Assembly (NCBI GenBank): GCA_034435035.1
Contig: DAOTXW010000040.1
Span: forward strand, 83,144-147,143
Origin: Anaerolineae bacterium
Lineage (GTDB): Bacteria > Chloroflexota > Anaerolineae > Aggregatilineales > UBA3940
Length of the DNA stretch: 64,000 nucleotides
Direction of reading: 5' to 3'
The translations under genes and the position numbers were made by a program. This document shows, one piece after another, positions 44,558-53,499 of this stretch (the stretch's first letter is position 1; every line of letters starts with the position of its first letter). The notes under the pieces are model-generated. The model made no database searches and had not been told where the DNA came from. It saw only the letters and a list, made by a program, of their open reading frames with translations.

Positions 44558-46909
44558 CTAACCCGACCGTACAACAAACAGGATGAAATCGCGGCCAGCG
44601 GTGGCACTCCGATAGTAATGGAGCTCGCCGGCCGGGAAGCGTTCCTGGAGGATGCGCTGGCTTTCTACATCCTGCGGATGAACAATGAATACCAGCGGGC
44701 GGGCCGCCATGCGCTCCGGCAGGCTGTTCAGGTAGGTGGTCAGCATAGGCACGTCCAGAATCGCCTGATCGAATTCCAGATCGCCCGCTTCGATGCCGAT
44801 AGCGCGGTAGTCATGCCAGAAAGGCCAGCCCTGAAGCCACACACCATCCAATGGGGCCTCCGGGCCAATCTGTTCCCGTATCGCTGCGGCGACCTCGCCG
44901 GGATTGAGCGCCGAGTTCCGGTAGGATGTGGCATACAGGTCGAAATAGATGTGGAAATTGAGATAGGCCGCTCCGCCGATGAGGGTTGCGATCAGAACGG
45001 CTCCTACCGCGATACCGGGAAGCCGCCCCATCACCATACTCCATCGCTGGCGAATCAGCGCCAGTGGCCATGCAGCCAGCACAAATACGATCGGGATTGT
45101 GCCGCTGCCCCGGGTGGCGCTGGGATTCTCGATCGGGAATGCAACAGCCAGCGCGGACGGCAGTAGTAAGATCAATCCGGCTGCGATCAGGAAGGCATCG
45201 ACCGGATCGCGCCGTAGTTTCAGCCTTACCATCCATCCGAGCAGCCCCAAGATAAACAACCCTCCGGTGATGCGATCCAGGAGCGGAGCGCCAGGCACCG
45301 CGCTGAACCACGAAGAGTCGCCGCGCACATTGAACATGCCCAGCGCCTTGCGGTAGTTATCCGCCAGCACTGAACTGACTGTGCCGTTAATGGCGACTTC
45401 GTTGCTGGTAGTCCGGTTGATGACCCGGTTCCAGAGATCCTGTGGGTAGTCATGCCACACCCTGAGCATGGGTACGAAGATCACTGCGGCTATCAGTCCG
45501 GCAAACAGCAGATTCAACCCCTGCCGGGCGGCGGTCTGGAGGGCGATTGTCGCGAGGAGCCGGGCGTCGGATTGGCCTGCACGGCTGGCTGCCAGGGCGC
45601 GCAGCGCCGGGCCGGCGACTGATGCAAGGCAGGCAGCGATAGCCACCAGCGGAGCGATCCGGAGCGCCTGGTAGGCATACATGCCTATCCCCAGCCAGAT
45701 ACCTGCCCAGATCCATGCCCGCCGGGATCCGGTACGAATTGATCTCGCAAGAACCATCAAGATCAACGCCATTATCAGGGGTGTCAGTACGATGCGCAGC
45801 CCCAACCGTCCGAGCAGAGTATGCCACCACGAGATCGCCAGCAGCGCCGCCGCATATAAACCTGTCTCGCGGTCAACGATCTCCCGGCCCAGCACAATCA
45901 TCAGCGGAATCAGCGCCAGGGCCTCCAGCGCAGTGGTTAGCTTCAGTGCCAGGAAGGTCATCCCGACTCCGGGCAGCCGGGCAATCAGAGGAATCAGATA
46001 GAACTGGATCGCTTCACGCCCGGCGTTGTTGGTGAAGAAGACATGGTGCTCGCCCTGCGAGACCCGGTAGGCGTCAAGCAGCTTTTCCACATGATCGCTG
46101 GTCATCTCGTTGGGGACCGCATCCAGGCGATAAAACCGGAAGAAGGCTGCCAGAGCCATCATCCCCAATGTAAGAAGGATCGGGCCTGCTGCGCGGCTCC
46201 AGTGCGGGCGGGTTTCTCTGGCCCTACGGATCGCCGCTGACCAGCCAGCGGCGATCGCACCGGGGTCGCGCTCGGAGACCGTCAGGAGCCACAGGATGAT
46301 ACTTAACATCCAGGTTGCTATGCCGGCCGTGGTGAAGCGGTTGCCTGCGGTGAGAAAGTAAGTTGCTGCTGAAAGGGCCAGTGCTGCCAGCCCCATCGCC
46401 AGCCGCCGGTTCAGTACCCGATCTTCGATGAGCGCCAGCGGCCGCGCGGGGCCGCCCCCGGTCGTCACTGGTCCCCGGCAGAGCAGCCCACCGTCTGGCG
46501 GCGCGATCTCGAACATCAGGAGGCCCAGCCAGATCAGCGCCGCCATCCCGATCAGCAGGCCGGCCGGGCTGCCCGATGCGCTACTCAGGGCAGATTCGGC
46601 CAGATAGACAAGGAAAACGGCCAGGACCGCCCCGATGCCGATCACGGCAATACGGCCCGCTCCGGCTCCCTCGACCGGCGCGGCAGAGCTGCCGGGGTAG
46701 TGGATCACGCCCGGTGTGTCCAGATCGGTCAGCTCAATCGGAGCCGGCTCCGATTGGGGTATCGCGGGCTCGGCGCGCCGGATTCCCGGCAGGATCGATA
46801 CATGCTCATCCTGCGGCGGGAAGAAGACTGCCTGCCAAACATCGCGCCACGTGATGCGATCCTCGGCTGGCTCATTCGGGGCAGGGGGGGCACTGGAAGC
46901 GTGAGGCAC
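44558..46909 (-). CDS. GT39/PMT_2 (ArnT-like) GT-C membrane glycosyltransferase
   Basis: FFRFYRLDAVPNEMTSDHVEKLLD, FFTNNAGRE, GRLGLR, GMYAYQALR, NPSATRG; many TM segments. Confidence 0.82.
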   Translation of the reverse strand: MPHASSAPPAPNEPAEDRITWRDVWQAVFFPPQDEHVSILPGIRRAEPAIPQSEPAPIELTDLDTPGVIHYPGSSAAPVEGAGAGRIAVIGIGAVLAVFLVYLAESALSSASGSPAGLLIGMAALIWLGLLMFEIAPPDGGLLCRGPVTTGGGPARPLALIEDRVLNRRLAMGLAALALSAATYFLTAGNRFTTAGIATWMLSIILWLLTVSERDPGAIAAGWSAAIRRARETRPHWSRAAGPILLTLGMMALAAFFRFYRLDAVPNEMTSDHVEKLLDAYRVSQGEHHVFFTNNAGREAIQFYLIPLIARLPGVGMTFLALKLTTALEALALIPLMIVLGREIVDRETGLYAAALLAISWWHTLLGRLGLRIVLTPLIMALILMVLARSIRTGSRRAWIWAGIWLGIGMYAYQALRIAPLVAIAACLASVAGPALRALAASRAGQSDARLLATIALQTAARQGLNLLFAGLIAAVIFVPMLRVWHDYPQDLWNRVINRTTSNEVAINGTVSSVLADNYRKALGMFNVRGDSSWFSAVPGAPLLDRITGGLFILGLLGWMVRLKLRRDPVDAFLIAAGLILLLPSALAVAFPIENPSATRGSGTIPIVFVLAAWPLALIRQRWSMVMGRLPGIAVGAVLIATLIGGAAYLNFHIYFDLYATSYRNSALNPGEVAAAIREQIGPEAPLDGVWLQGWPFWHDYRAIGIEAGDLEFDQAILDVPMLTTYLNSLPERMAARPLVFIVHPQDVESQRILQERFPAGELHYYRSATAGRDFILFVVRSG

Positions 46910-46912
46910 CGG

Positions 46913-47779
46913 CTACCTCCGGGTGTCCGCCGGATTGCGCGCCAGCACGCACAGATTGACCGTTGAGCGGCCGGGCGGCTCATCCATCACATTGTGCCGG
47001 TCAAACCACTCGAACAGAGTCAGCCCAATATGGACAGGGTTGAAAACACTGCCCCGGTCGCCGCTCAGGCTGTGCCTGTCGGCGGCTGCCGCCACAGCGG
47101 AGGGCAGGAGCCCCGCCTCCAGCATTGGCTTGCCGAATCCATAGACGATGTTGTGGATGAATGGAAAAGCATGGTGGGTAAAGCTGCGTTCGGCCACAAT
47201 CTCCAGTCCGGCAGCCAGCACTGTCGCCCGCAGCGCTTCCGCTGTATACAGCCGGACATGATTCGCCCAGATCCCTGCCAGTGCGCCGCGCTGGATGTGT
47301 GTATGGAAGCAGGTCTCCAGTGTCCGGTTGAGGGGATCCCACCAGAACGGGTAGTTGGCGTTGGGAACCGTGATGGCGAGGAGCCCATCTGGTTTGACAA
47401 CCCGGCGAATGCTCCTCAATGCCTCCGTATCGTCCTCGACGTGCTCCAGCACCTCGGACAGGATGACCTTATCAAACTGCGCTGCCTGAAAAGGCGGATC
47501 GTAGAGGCTGCCGGCCACCAGGCAAGGTGCACTGGCGCTGCCCGACAGCAGTGCGGCCCTTGCAATACGAAGATAGGGCAGCTCCAGTTCAAGACCGACC
47601 ACACGTGCCTGGGTGGCATGCTGGATAAAGTGCAGATAGAAGCCCCGGCCGCAGCCGGCATCCAGCACCCACTCGCCGGGTCGGGGATCCAGCCATTCAA
47701 AGATGGTGACCACGCGCCGGCGGTAGGCCATATCCGCCTCGTTGCGAATCATCTGGCGGATGAGTTCGCGGTCAACCAT
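46913..47779 (-). CDS. Class I SAM-dependent methyltransferase
   Basis: VLDAGCGRG, FDKVILSEVLEHV, VKPDGLLAITVPN. True ATG at 47779 overlaps the GT4 stop. Confidence 0.9.
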   Translation of the reverse strand: MVDRELIRQMIRNEADMAYRRRVVTIFEWLDPRPGEWVLDAGCGRGFYLHFIQHATQARVVGLELELPYLRIARAALLSGSASAPCLVAGSLYDPPFQAAQFDKVILSEVLEHVEDDTEALRSIRRVVKPDGLLAITVPNANYPFWWDPLNRTLETCFHTHIQRGALAGIWANHVRLYTAEALRATVLAAGLEIVAERSFTHHAFPFIHNIVYGFGKPMLEAGLLPSAVAAAADRHSLSGDRGSVFNPVHIGLTLFEWFDRHNVMDEPPGRSTVNLCVLARNPADTRR

Positions 47780-48974
47780 GATGGCTGCTCGCCCCCTGCC
47801 CACGCGCAGCGTCAGCCGCCGACCGTAGATGGCGCTCGTAGCGATCAATCGTCTCCTGTAGATTGAATCGCGCATCGATCTCTGCCAGTGTGCGCATGTA
47901 CCGGCTGCGATGCTGGAGGACCCGGACAATGCCCTCGCCCATCGCGATCGGGTCACCGGGCGGAACCAGCTCACCCATGCCGGTTACGCGCACCACTTCG
48001 CGCGCTCCCGGAATGTCTGTGGCTACTACGGGAGTGCCACTGCGCATCGCCTCCACCTGAACCAGAGCAAAGCATTCCGTGTCGCTGGGCAAAGCCAGCA
48101 GATCGCAGGCTGCATAGAAGCTGGCAACCTCCCTCGGATCGCTCAGGAGTCCCAGGAAGATCAGGTGGTCGCGGTAGCGGTTGATCAGGTCCTGATTGCG
48201 CTCAAAGAACTTCTCATATTTGAGCTGATGCTGCCCCGCAAATACCAGCCGGGTGCCGGGGAAGGTCCGGTGGATGACGGGCAGGGCGCGGATCAAAACA
48301 TCCGGGCGTTTCTCCTCGACGAAGCGGCCTGCATAGCCGACGAGCCGCGCCTGACCATTCAGCCCGGCCAGCCATTCTGCGCGCAGTGCCTCTACGCGCT
48401 GCGGATCAGGCGGCGGGATCTGGATGGGCGGATAGACGGCTGAGGTTTTCTCCCGGAATGGCCGGATGTAGGATGAGTTGTCTGCGTAGTCGTGGCTGTA
48501 GGCGATCAGACGATGGGCTGCGCGCCCGGCGATCAGGTACAGCTGAAAAGTTGCCCATTCGATGAAGCGGTTGAACCAGCCTGCCGGCAGGACCAGATCG
48601 CCGTGATGGGTGATTACCAGTCCTTTGCGGAGGAGGCGGGCATAGACGGCCAGGATGGCTGCTTCCAGCATCGGTGTATGGATGCTGACCACATCATGCA
48701 TCTGCACCAGGCGCAGCGCTGCCCACGGGTAGGCCGGCATGACCATGCCACGGCTGATTCGGATAGGCGCCCACAGGCGTATCACGCGCACGCCGTTGAT
48801 GATCTGCTCGTCGCGGGGGAGGCTGAGATCATAGCGGGCAGTGAGCACCGTGACCTCATGCCCTCGCGCCGCCAACGCCTCGGCAACCCGCTGCACGTGG
48901 AGCGTGAGACCGGTGCGGTGGGGTACATAGTACTGGAGCGCAATCAGAATCTTGAGCGAGCGTTGTGCAGTCAT
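47772..48974 (-). CDS. GT4 (GT-B) glycosyltransferase
   Basis: YYVPHRTGL, YAGRFVEEKRPD, ALPSDTECFALVQVEAMRSGTPVVATDIPG. Confidence 0.92.
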   Translation of the reverse strand: MTAQRSLKILIALQYYVPHRTGLTLHVQRVAEALAARGHEVTVLTARYDLSLPRDEQIINGVRVIRLWAPIRISRGMVMPAYPWAALRLVQMHDVVSIHTPMLEAAILAVYARLLRKGLVITHHGDLVLPAGWFNRFIEWATFQLYLIAGRAAHRLIAYSHDYADNSSYIRPFREKTSAVYPPIQIPPPDPQRVEALRAEWLAGLNGQARLVGYAGRFVEEKRPDVLIRALPVIHRTFPGTRLVFAGQHQLKYEKFFERNQDLINRYRDHLIFLGLLSDPREVASFYAACDLLALPSDTECFALVQVEAMRSGTPVVATDIPGAREVVRVTGMGELVPPGDPIAMGEGIVRVLQHRSRYMRTLAEIDARFNLQETIDRYERHLRSAADAARGQGASSHHG

Positions 48975-49107
48975 AGCATGCGTGCTGCGCGGGTATTGCA
49001 TGGGGCGCAGGCCGATGCCAGCGCTCCTGAGGTATCGATCAGTTCCCCTGTTGAGTGTAACATGGTGCCATCAGGGTCGACCATCCGGCCGGCCCGACTG
49101 TGCCGCC

Positions 49108-50136
49108 TCATAAGGGCGGCATTCCTGCCGGGCTTCCGGACTCAATCGGGTTGGGGTGGGCCGCTGCCTCCGCCTGGCGGGCGACCTCGCTGAAGCTGAT
49201 TCCATCCCGCAGCAGGCCCAGGATGCCGCACACGCTGGTCAGGATGAAATTCAGGCCATGCATGGCGATGGCAAAGCTGCGGCTGGCATCGGGCTGGTAG
49301 CCCGACGCCGTCAGCACCCCGATGACAGCTGCCTCGTAGGGACCCACTCCCGACGGCGCTGCCGGGACGGCTATCCCCAGCCCTGCTGCGGCGACCGACA
49401 GCAGACCGTGTATCAGAGGGACCGACGGCCAGAATGCATGCATGAGAGCCCAGGCTGCTATACCTGAGGCGATCCAGGCAGCAATTGAGAGAAACAGCCC
49501 AACAATGAATGTACGCAGGTCAGAGACCGCGCCCAGCCCCTGCACAAACGGTTCAAGGAACTGTCGAGCACGCGTGCGGTCGAGGCGGGGCAGCAGCGCG
49601 AGGGCGTGTGCCCCTACGCTCAGGGCGCGGCCCGGCCAACGGGCGGCCAGCGCTAGCACGATCATCCCGGCCACCGCGCCCGCCCCCATCAATGCCCCGG
49701 CGCTGGTTGCCCAGCCGGGCAAGTCAAGCCCGATCAGGACGATGCCGAACAGAACCACCACCGATACCATGTCAAACAATCTCTCGACCACGATACTGGA
49801 CAGGGCGCTGGTGAAATGCATGCCGGGGCGGCGCCCCGCCAACACCGCACGGGCGATCTCACCAATTCGCGCGGGAAGAATGTTGTTAAACAGGAAGCCG
49901 ATGTTAAACAGCCAGAATCCATCAATGGGTGACAGCCGTCCCTGAGTCAGCGCACTCCAGCGCAGGCCGCGCATCATGACGGTGATCAGCACCAGACCCA
50001 TCCCGAGTGCCACATAGACGTAGCGAGCCGTGCGGAAGGCCAGCAGAATCGCGCTGCCATCCGCCCGTCGGAATGCCAGGTACAGGGCGGCGCCGCTGAC
50101 TGCCAGCCCGATCACCAGTGTATGCCAGCGTCTCAT
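49108..50136 (-). CDS. Lysylphosphatidylglycerol-synthase-TM / flippase-like membrane protein (YbhN/AglD2 type)
   Basis: RGLRWSAL, IGFLFNNILPARIGE, IVVERLFD, VPAAPSGVGPYEA. ATG 50136 preferred over the ORF-track 50298. Confidence 0.88.
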   Translation of the reverse strand: MRRWHTLVIGLAVSGAALYLAFRRADGSAILLAFRTARYVYVALGMGLVLITVMMRGLRWSALTQGRLSPIDGFWLFNIGFLFNNILPARIGEIARAVLAGRRPGMHFTSALSSIVVERLFDMVSVVVLFGIVLIGLDLPGWATSAGALMGAGAVAGMIVLALAARWPGRALSVGAHALALLPRLDRTRARQFLEPFVQGLGAVSDLRTFIVGLFLSIAAWIASGIAAWALMHAFWPSVPLIHGLLSVAAAGLGIAVPAAPSGVGPYEAAVIGVLTASGYQPDASRSFAIAMHGLNFILTSVCGILGLLRDGISFSEVARQAEAAAHPNPIESGSPAGMPPL

Positions 50137-50183
50137 AACTGTGCGCCGATGTTTCCCCGGGCCTCTGAGCCCGGAACGGGCGG

Positions 50184-50212
50184 AGTATAGCACGCGCCCC
50201 CTGTCAGGGCAA
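50184..50212 (-). promoter_or_regulatory. Sigma70-type promoter at the head of the glycosylation island
   Basis: TTGCCC, 17 nt, TATACT with a TGc extension, on the minus strand. Confidence 0.55.
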
Positions 50213-50281
50213 AGCGCTCCCTCCAGCAGTTTGCCTCTTTCTGCATGGTCATTTCTCGCAAGCTGACGTATCCTAGATGCC

Positions 50282-51076
50282 ATGAGCGACTCACTCAAGG
50301 ACCAGATCCGGCTCGGGCGAGAGGCCCTTCGAGACGGGAAGAAGCGCGAAGCCCGCCGGATTTTTGGGGATTTGGTGCGGGATCATCCTGGCAACGCTGC
50401 TGCGTGGTGGTACCTGGCGGCTTTGCTTGACGATCCCGAGCAGAAGGTGCACTGTCTGCAGCAGGTTCTGCGTCTGGAGCCTGAACACGCAGAAGCGCGC
50501 GCAATGCTGGCCCGGCTGCAGGCGCGTGTGGGGCTGCCGACCCCTGCACGTGGCACTCCGCGGCCTGTTTATGAAGCTCACGAATCTACCGGTGGGCACC
50601 TTCGCATGGTTAGCCCGGCTGATGAGGCGCTCCCCTCTGCGCACCCGGATCGGGGGCACGGCGGTGACGTGTCGGTTCTGATAGCGGTGGTCGTTATCGC
50701 CTTGATCGCCATCGCCAGTGCGGCGGCGCTGTTCGGTACGGGCATGGGCGCTGATCTCTTTGGGATACAGCCGCCGGACGCAGGGCCTACGCTGCAGCCG
50801 CTGCAATTTGGCGTACCGGCCTGCAGCCAGACTGAGGATCCGGGCGCACGGCTGGTATTCATCAATAACAGCCCGGTCACGATTGAGATCTCTGAGGGGC
50901 CAGAAGGGCAGGAGCGGCTGGTAGGCAGCATTGCGGCGGGCAGTCAGGTCGAGGTCGATGCCAGCCCCGGGACTCCCGTGCGGTACTCCGCTGCAACGGC
51001 TGATCCCGCCTATGCGTCCGGCGGAGCCATCCTGGAGGTGCCTGCCGGGAGCATCTGCCGAATTCCGATCCGCTGA
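50282..51076 (+). CDS. Hypothetical membrane protein with an N-terminal TPR-like domain
   Basis: GREALRDGKKREAR...NAAAWWYLA...CLQQVLRLEPEH; central TM; small C-terminal beta domain with a Cys pair. Confidence 0.75.
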   Translation: MSDSLKDQIRLGREALRDGKKREARRIFGDLVRDHPGNAAAWWYLAALLDDPEQKVHCLQQVLRLEPEHAEARAMLARLQARVGLPTPARGTPRPVYEAHESTGGHLRMVSPADEALPSAHPDRGHGGDVSVLIAVVVIALIAIASAAALFGTGMGADLFGIQPPDAGPTLQPLQFGVPACSQTEDPGARLVFINNSPVTIEISEGPEGQERLVGSIAAGSQVEVDASPGTPVRYSAATADPAYASGGAILEVPAGSICRIPIR

Positions 51077-51087
51077 AGGGATCCCCC

Positions 51088-51654
51088 ATGGCGATCCGCG
51101 TCATTGCCGGTAAGGCGAAGGGGCGCAAGCTGAAGATGGTCCCTGGCGAGATAACGCGCCCGGTGATGGATCGCGTCAAGGAGAATGTGTTCAATATCGT
51201 GGGCCCATCTGTGCGCGAGACGCGCTGGCTGGATCTGTTTGCCGGCACAGGCAGCGTCGGTATTGAGGCACTCAGCCGCGGCGCCCGCACCTGCCTGTTC
51301 ACGGATACGAGTCGGGCGGCAATCCGGACGATCCATGAGAACCTGCAGATCACCGGGCTCGCTTCCAGCGCCCGTGTCGAGCGGGCCGACGCCCTGCTTA
51401 TGCTACGGAATGATCCACAGGATGAAGCGGCATTTGAGTACATCTACGTCGCTCCCCCCCAGTACCAGGGAATCTGGCAGAAGGTTCTGGAGCTAATTGA
51501 CGCGCGTCCGACGTGGCTGGCGCCGGATGGAATCGTGATCGTGCAGATCGATCCGCGGGAATATGCCGATCTGGACCTCACGAACCTGCGGCTGATCGAC
51601 CGGCGCACCTATGGCAACACCCTGGTGCTCTTCTATGAACTGCCGGGAGAATGA
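51088..51654 (+). CDS. rsmD: 16S rRNA m2G966 methyltransferase
   Basis: IRVIAGKAKGRKL, TRPVMDRVKENVFN, LDLFAGTGSVGIEALSRGA, RTYGNT. Confidence 0.9.
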   Translation: MAIRVIAGKAKGRKLKMVPGEITRPVMDRVKENVFNIVGPSVRETRWLDLFAGTGSVGIEALSRGARTCLFTDTSRAAIRTIHENLQITGLASSARVERADALLMLRNDPQDEAAFEYIYVAPPQYQGIWQKVLELIDARPTWLAPDGIVIVQIDPREYADLDLTNLRLIDRRTYGNTLVLFYELPGE

Positions 51655-51669
51655 TCTCAAAGCACGCCA

Positions 51670-51697
51670 TTGACCCGGCGATAGGACAGGGTACAAT
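51670..51697 (+). promoter_or_regulatory. Sigma70-type promoter for the small Cys-rich gene
   Basis: TTGACC, 16 nt, TACAAT. Confidence 0.55.
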
Positions 51698-51733
51698 CGA
51701 GGTGATCGCTGCACCCCCATCAGGAGCTTTACC

Positions 51734-52036
51734 ATGCGCGAATGTGCTGTTTGCCACACACAGACCGAAGATCATGTCACCATATGCCCAAATTGCCACG
51801 CTGATCTTACGGCGGACTCCGTCACAGCGCGTGCCCTGCGTCAGATCATGAAAAGCCCGCGCGCCAGCGCCGTCTACGTGGTAGCACCGCCGGGCGCATG
51901 CCCGGCTTGCCGCAGCACCCAGGGGACGTATGCCAAGCAGTCCGGGCGCGTTCCCCTGCTTCCGCATGAAGGCTGCTCCTGCCCGAATGGCTGCCTGTGT
52001 CGCTATGAGCCGCTGGTGGTGGAAGTAGGGCCCTAG
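51734..52036 (+). CDS. Small Cys-rich (two-site zinc-binding) hypothetical protein
   Basis: CAVC, CPNC, CPAC, PHEGCSCPNGCLC; AGGAG RBS and its own promoter. Confidence 0.8.
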   Translation: MRECAVCHTQTEDHVTICPNCHADLTADSVTARALRQIMKSPRASAVYVVAPPGACPACRSTQGTYAKQSGRVPLLPHEGCSCPNGCLCRYEPLVVEVGP

Positions 52037-53484
52037 TCCACCTGCTCGCTGCTCTGCGTGACGGGCTTCGCTGATTCAATGGGCGGTGCCCCGGCTAGCA
52101 GCTGCTTTGCCCTCCGGATCGCCTGCTTCTTGGTACGAATCTGCCCGGAAGCCTGCTCCTCGCGGAGTTGCTCCATGAGGTTGCCCAGGGCAGGCCCGGG
52201 TGAAATATTCAGAGCAGCCATCAGGTCGTCCCCGCTGAGCAGCGCGGGCGGCGCGATGACCTGCTGGTGGCGGCGAAAGCAGGCGTCCAGCAGCGGCGAG
52301 GCCACCTCATCTAACAGCATCCCCCATTCGCGTGCACGCGTGCTGAACGGATCATTGGCCAGAAAGGCTGCGAGCTCCAGCACCAGAGCATCCACTCCCG
52401 CGTCGCCGGTCAGCCGATAGTACTGATAGATGCGGCGATCATCCGGGCGCTCAGGAGGACTCAGTGCTCTGCCTCGCCCCCGCGTTACACCCTCCAGTAT
52501 CCGCCGTTCGTTTCCAGAGAGGCGCAGGCGGTCTGCCCAGAGCGCAGCGTTCTGACCTTCAGGGGTCAGGGCGTGCAGCAGGAGCAGCGCCCCTCGTGTG
52601 CGCCGATCGGCCACCGGGTACCCGAAGTGTTCCTGGAGCTGGCGCCGGAAGCGATCCAGCACCATCACGGCGGTACCCATCATCAGGTTGGCTGCGAGAT
52701 TGTCATCTCGACGCGGGCTGATGGCTGTCAGGATCGCCCAGGTCTGGCTGGCCAGAGCAAGAAGCTGCTCCAGGCCGGGGCCTTCTGGCAGCCTGTGGGG
52801 TGAGAGAGGGGGGAGCAGGCCCAGCGCGCTGAGCAGCCGGATTCCTCCGCTGGCGCGCCGGCCTCCCAGGATGGTGAAGAACTCATCGCGGCAGCGCTCA
52901 GGCTGATCCAGGTCACCGGAGGGCGCAGTAAGGCGTCGGGCAGCCGCCTGTGTAGCAGCACGCGTCTCCGGGGTCAGGCGCAGTGAGAACTGCAGGCTGA
53001 GCCGGACCGCCCGCAGCGCCCGCACCGGGTCATCAGCGATGCTGGAGGGAGAACACTGACGCAGAACACGCCGCTCCAGCAGATCGGCCTGTCCGCCAAG
53101 CGGGTCGATCAGCATTTCTGGCGAATCCAGCCGCGCGGCCATGGCGTTGATGGTGAAATCACGCCCTGCCAGATCGGCGAGGAGATCGGGGCCGCGGAAC
53201 GCGGCGACATCGATAACCATGCCACTTTTGAGGATGACGCGGCCAGTGCGCCGCTCAGGATCGATGGGGTAGTACGCACCGTCGAGCGCGTCGGCCAGCC
53301 TGCGGGCAATCCTCAGCCCATCGCCCGGGGTGGCCAGATCAATATCGCCGGCAGCCCGGCCGATCACGGCATCGCGGACGATTCCACCTACCAGATACAG
53401 CTGAGAAGCGGCAGGGGCTGCAGAAGCGATCTGTGGCACCAACTCAGGCCAGATCAGGGTGGGGTGTGGAACCTGTGCATCCAT
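52033..53484 (-). CDS. Class II tRNA nucleotidyltransferase / poly(A) polymerase family protein
   Basis: LVGGIVRD, GDIDLAT (DxD), DLAGRDFTINAMA, DDPVRALRAVR, ERCRDEF, C-terminal LSGDDLM...PGPALG..EQA.G. Confidence 0.9.
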   Translation of the reverse strand: MDAQVPHPTLIWPELVPQIASAAPAASQLYLVGGIVRDAVIGRAAGDIDLATPGDGLRIARRLADALDGAYYPIDPERRTGRVILKSGMVIDVAAFRGPDLLADLAGRDFTINAMAARLDSPEMLIDPLGGQADLLERRVLRQCSPSSIADDPVRALRAVRLSLQFSLRLTPETRAATQAAARRLTAPSGDLDQPERCRDEFFTILGGRRASGGIRLLSALGLLPPLSPHRLPEGPGLEQLLALASQTWAILTAISPRRDDNLAANLMMGTAVMVLDRFRRQLQEHFGYPVADRRTRGALLLLHALTPEGQNAALWADRLRLSGNERRILEGVTRGRGRALSPPERPDDRRIYQYYRLTGDAGVDALVLELAAFLANDPFSTRAREWGMLLDEVASPLLDACFRRHQQVIAPPALLSGDDLMAALNISPGPALGNLMEQLREEQASGQIRTKKQAIRRAKQLLAGAPPIESAKPVTQSSEQVD

Positions 53485-53499
53485 CGCCCGCCCGGAAGA

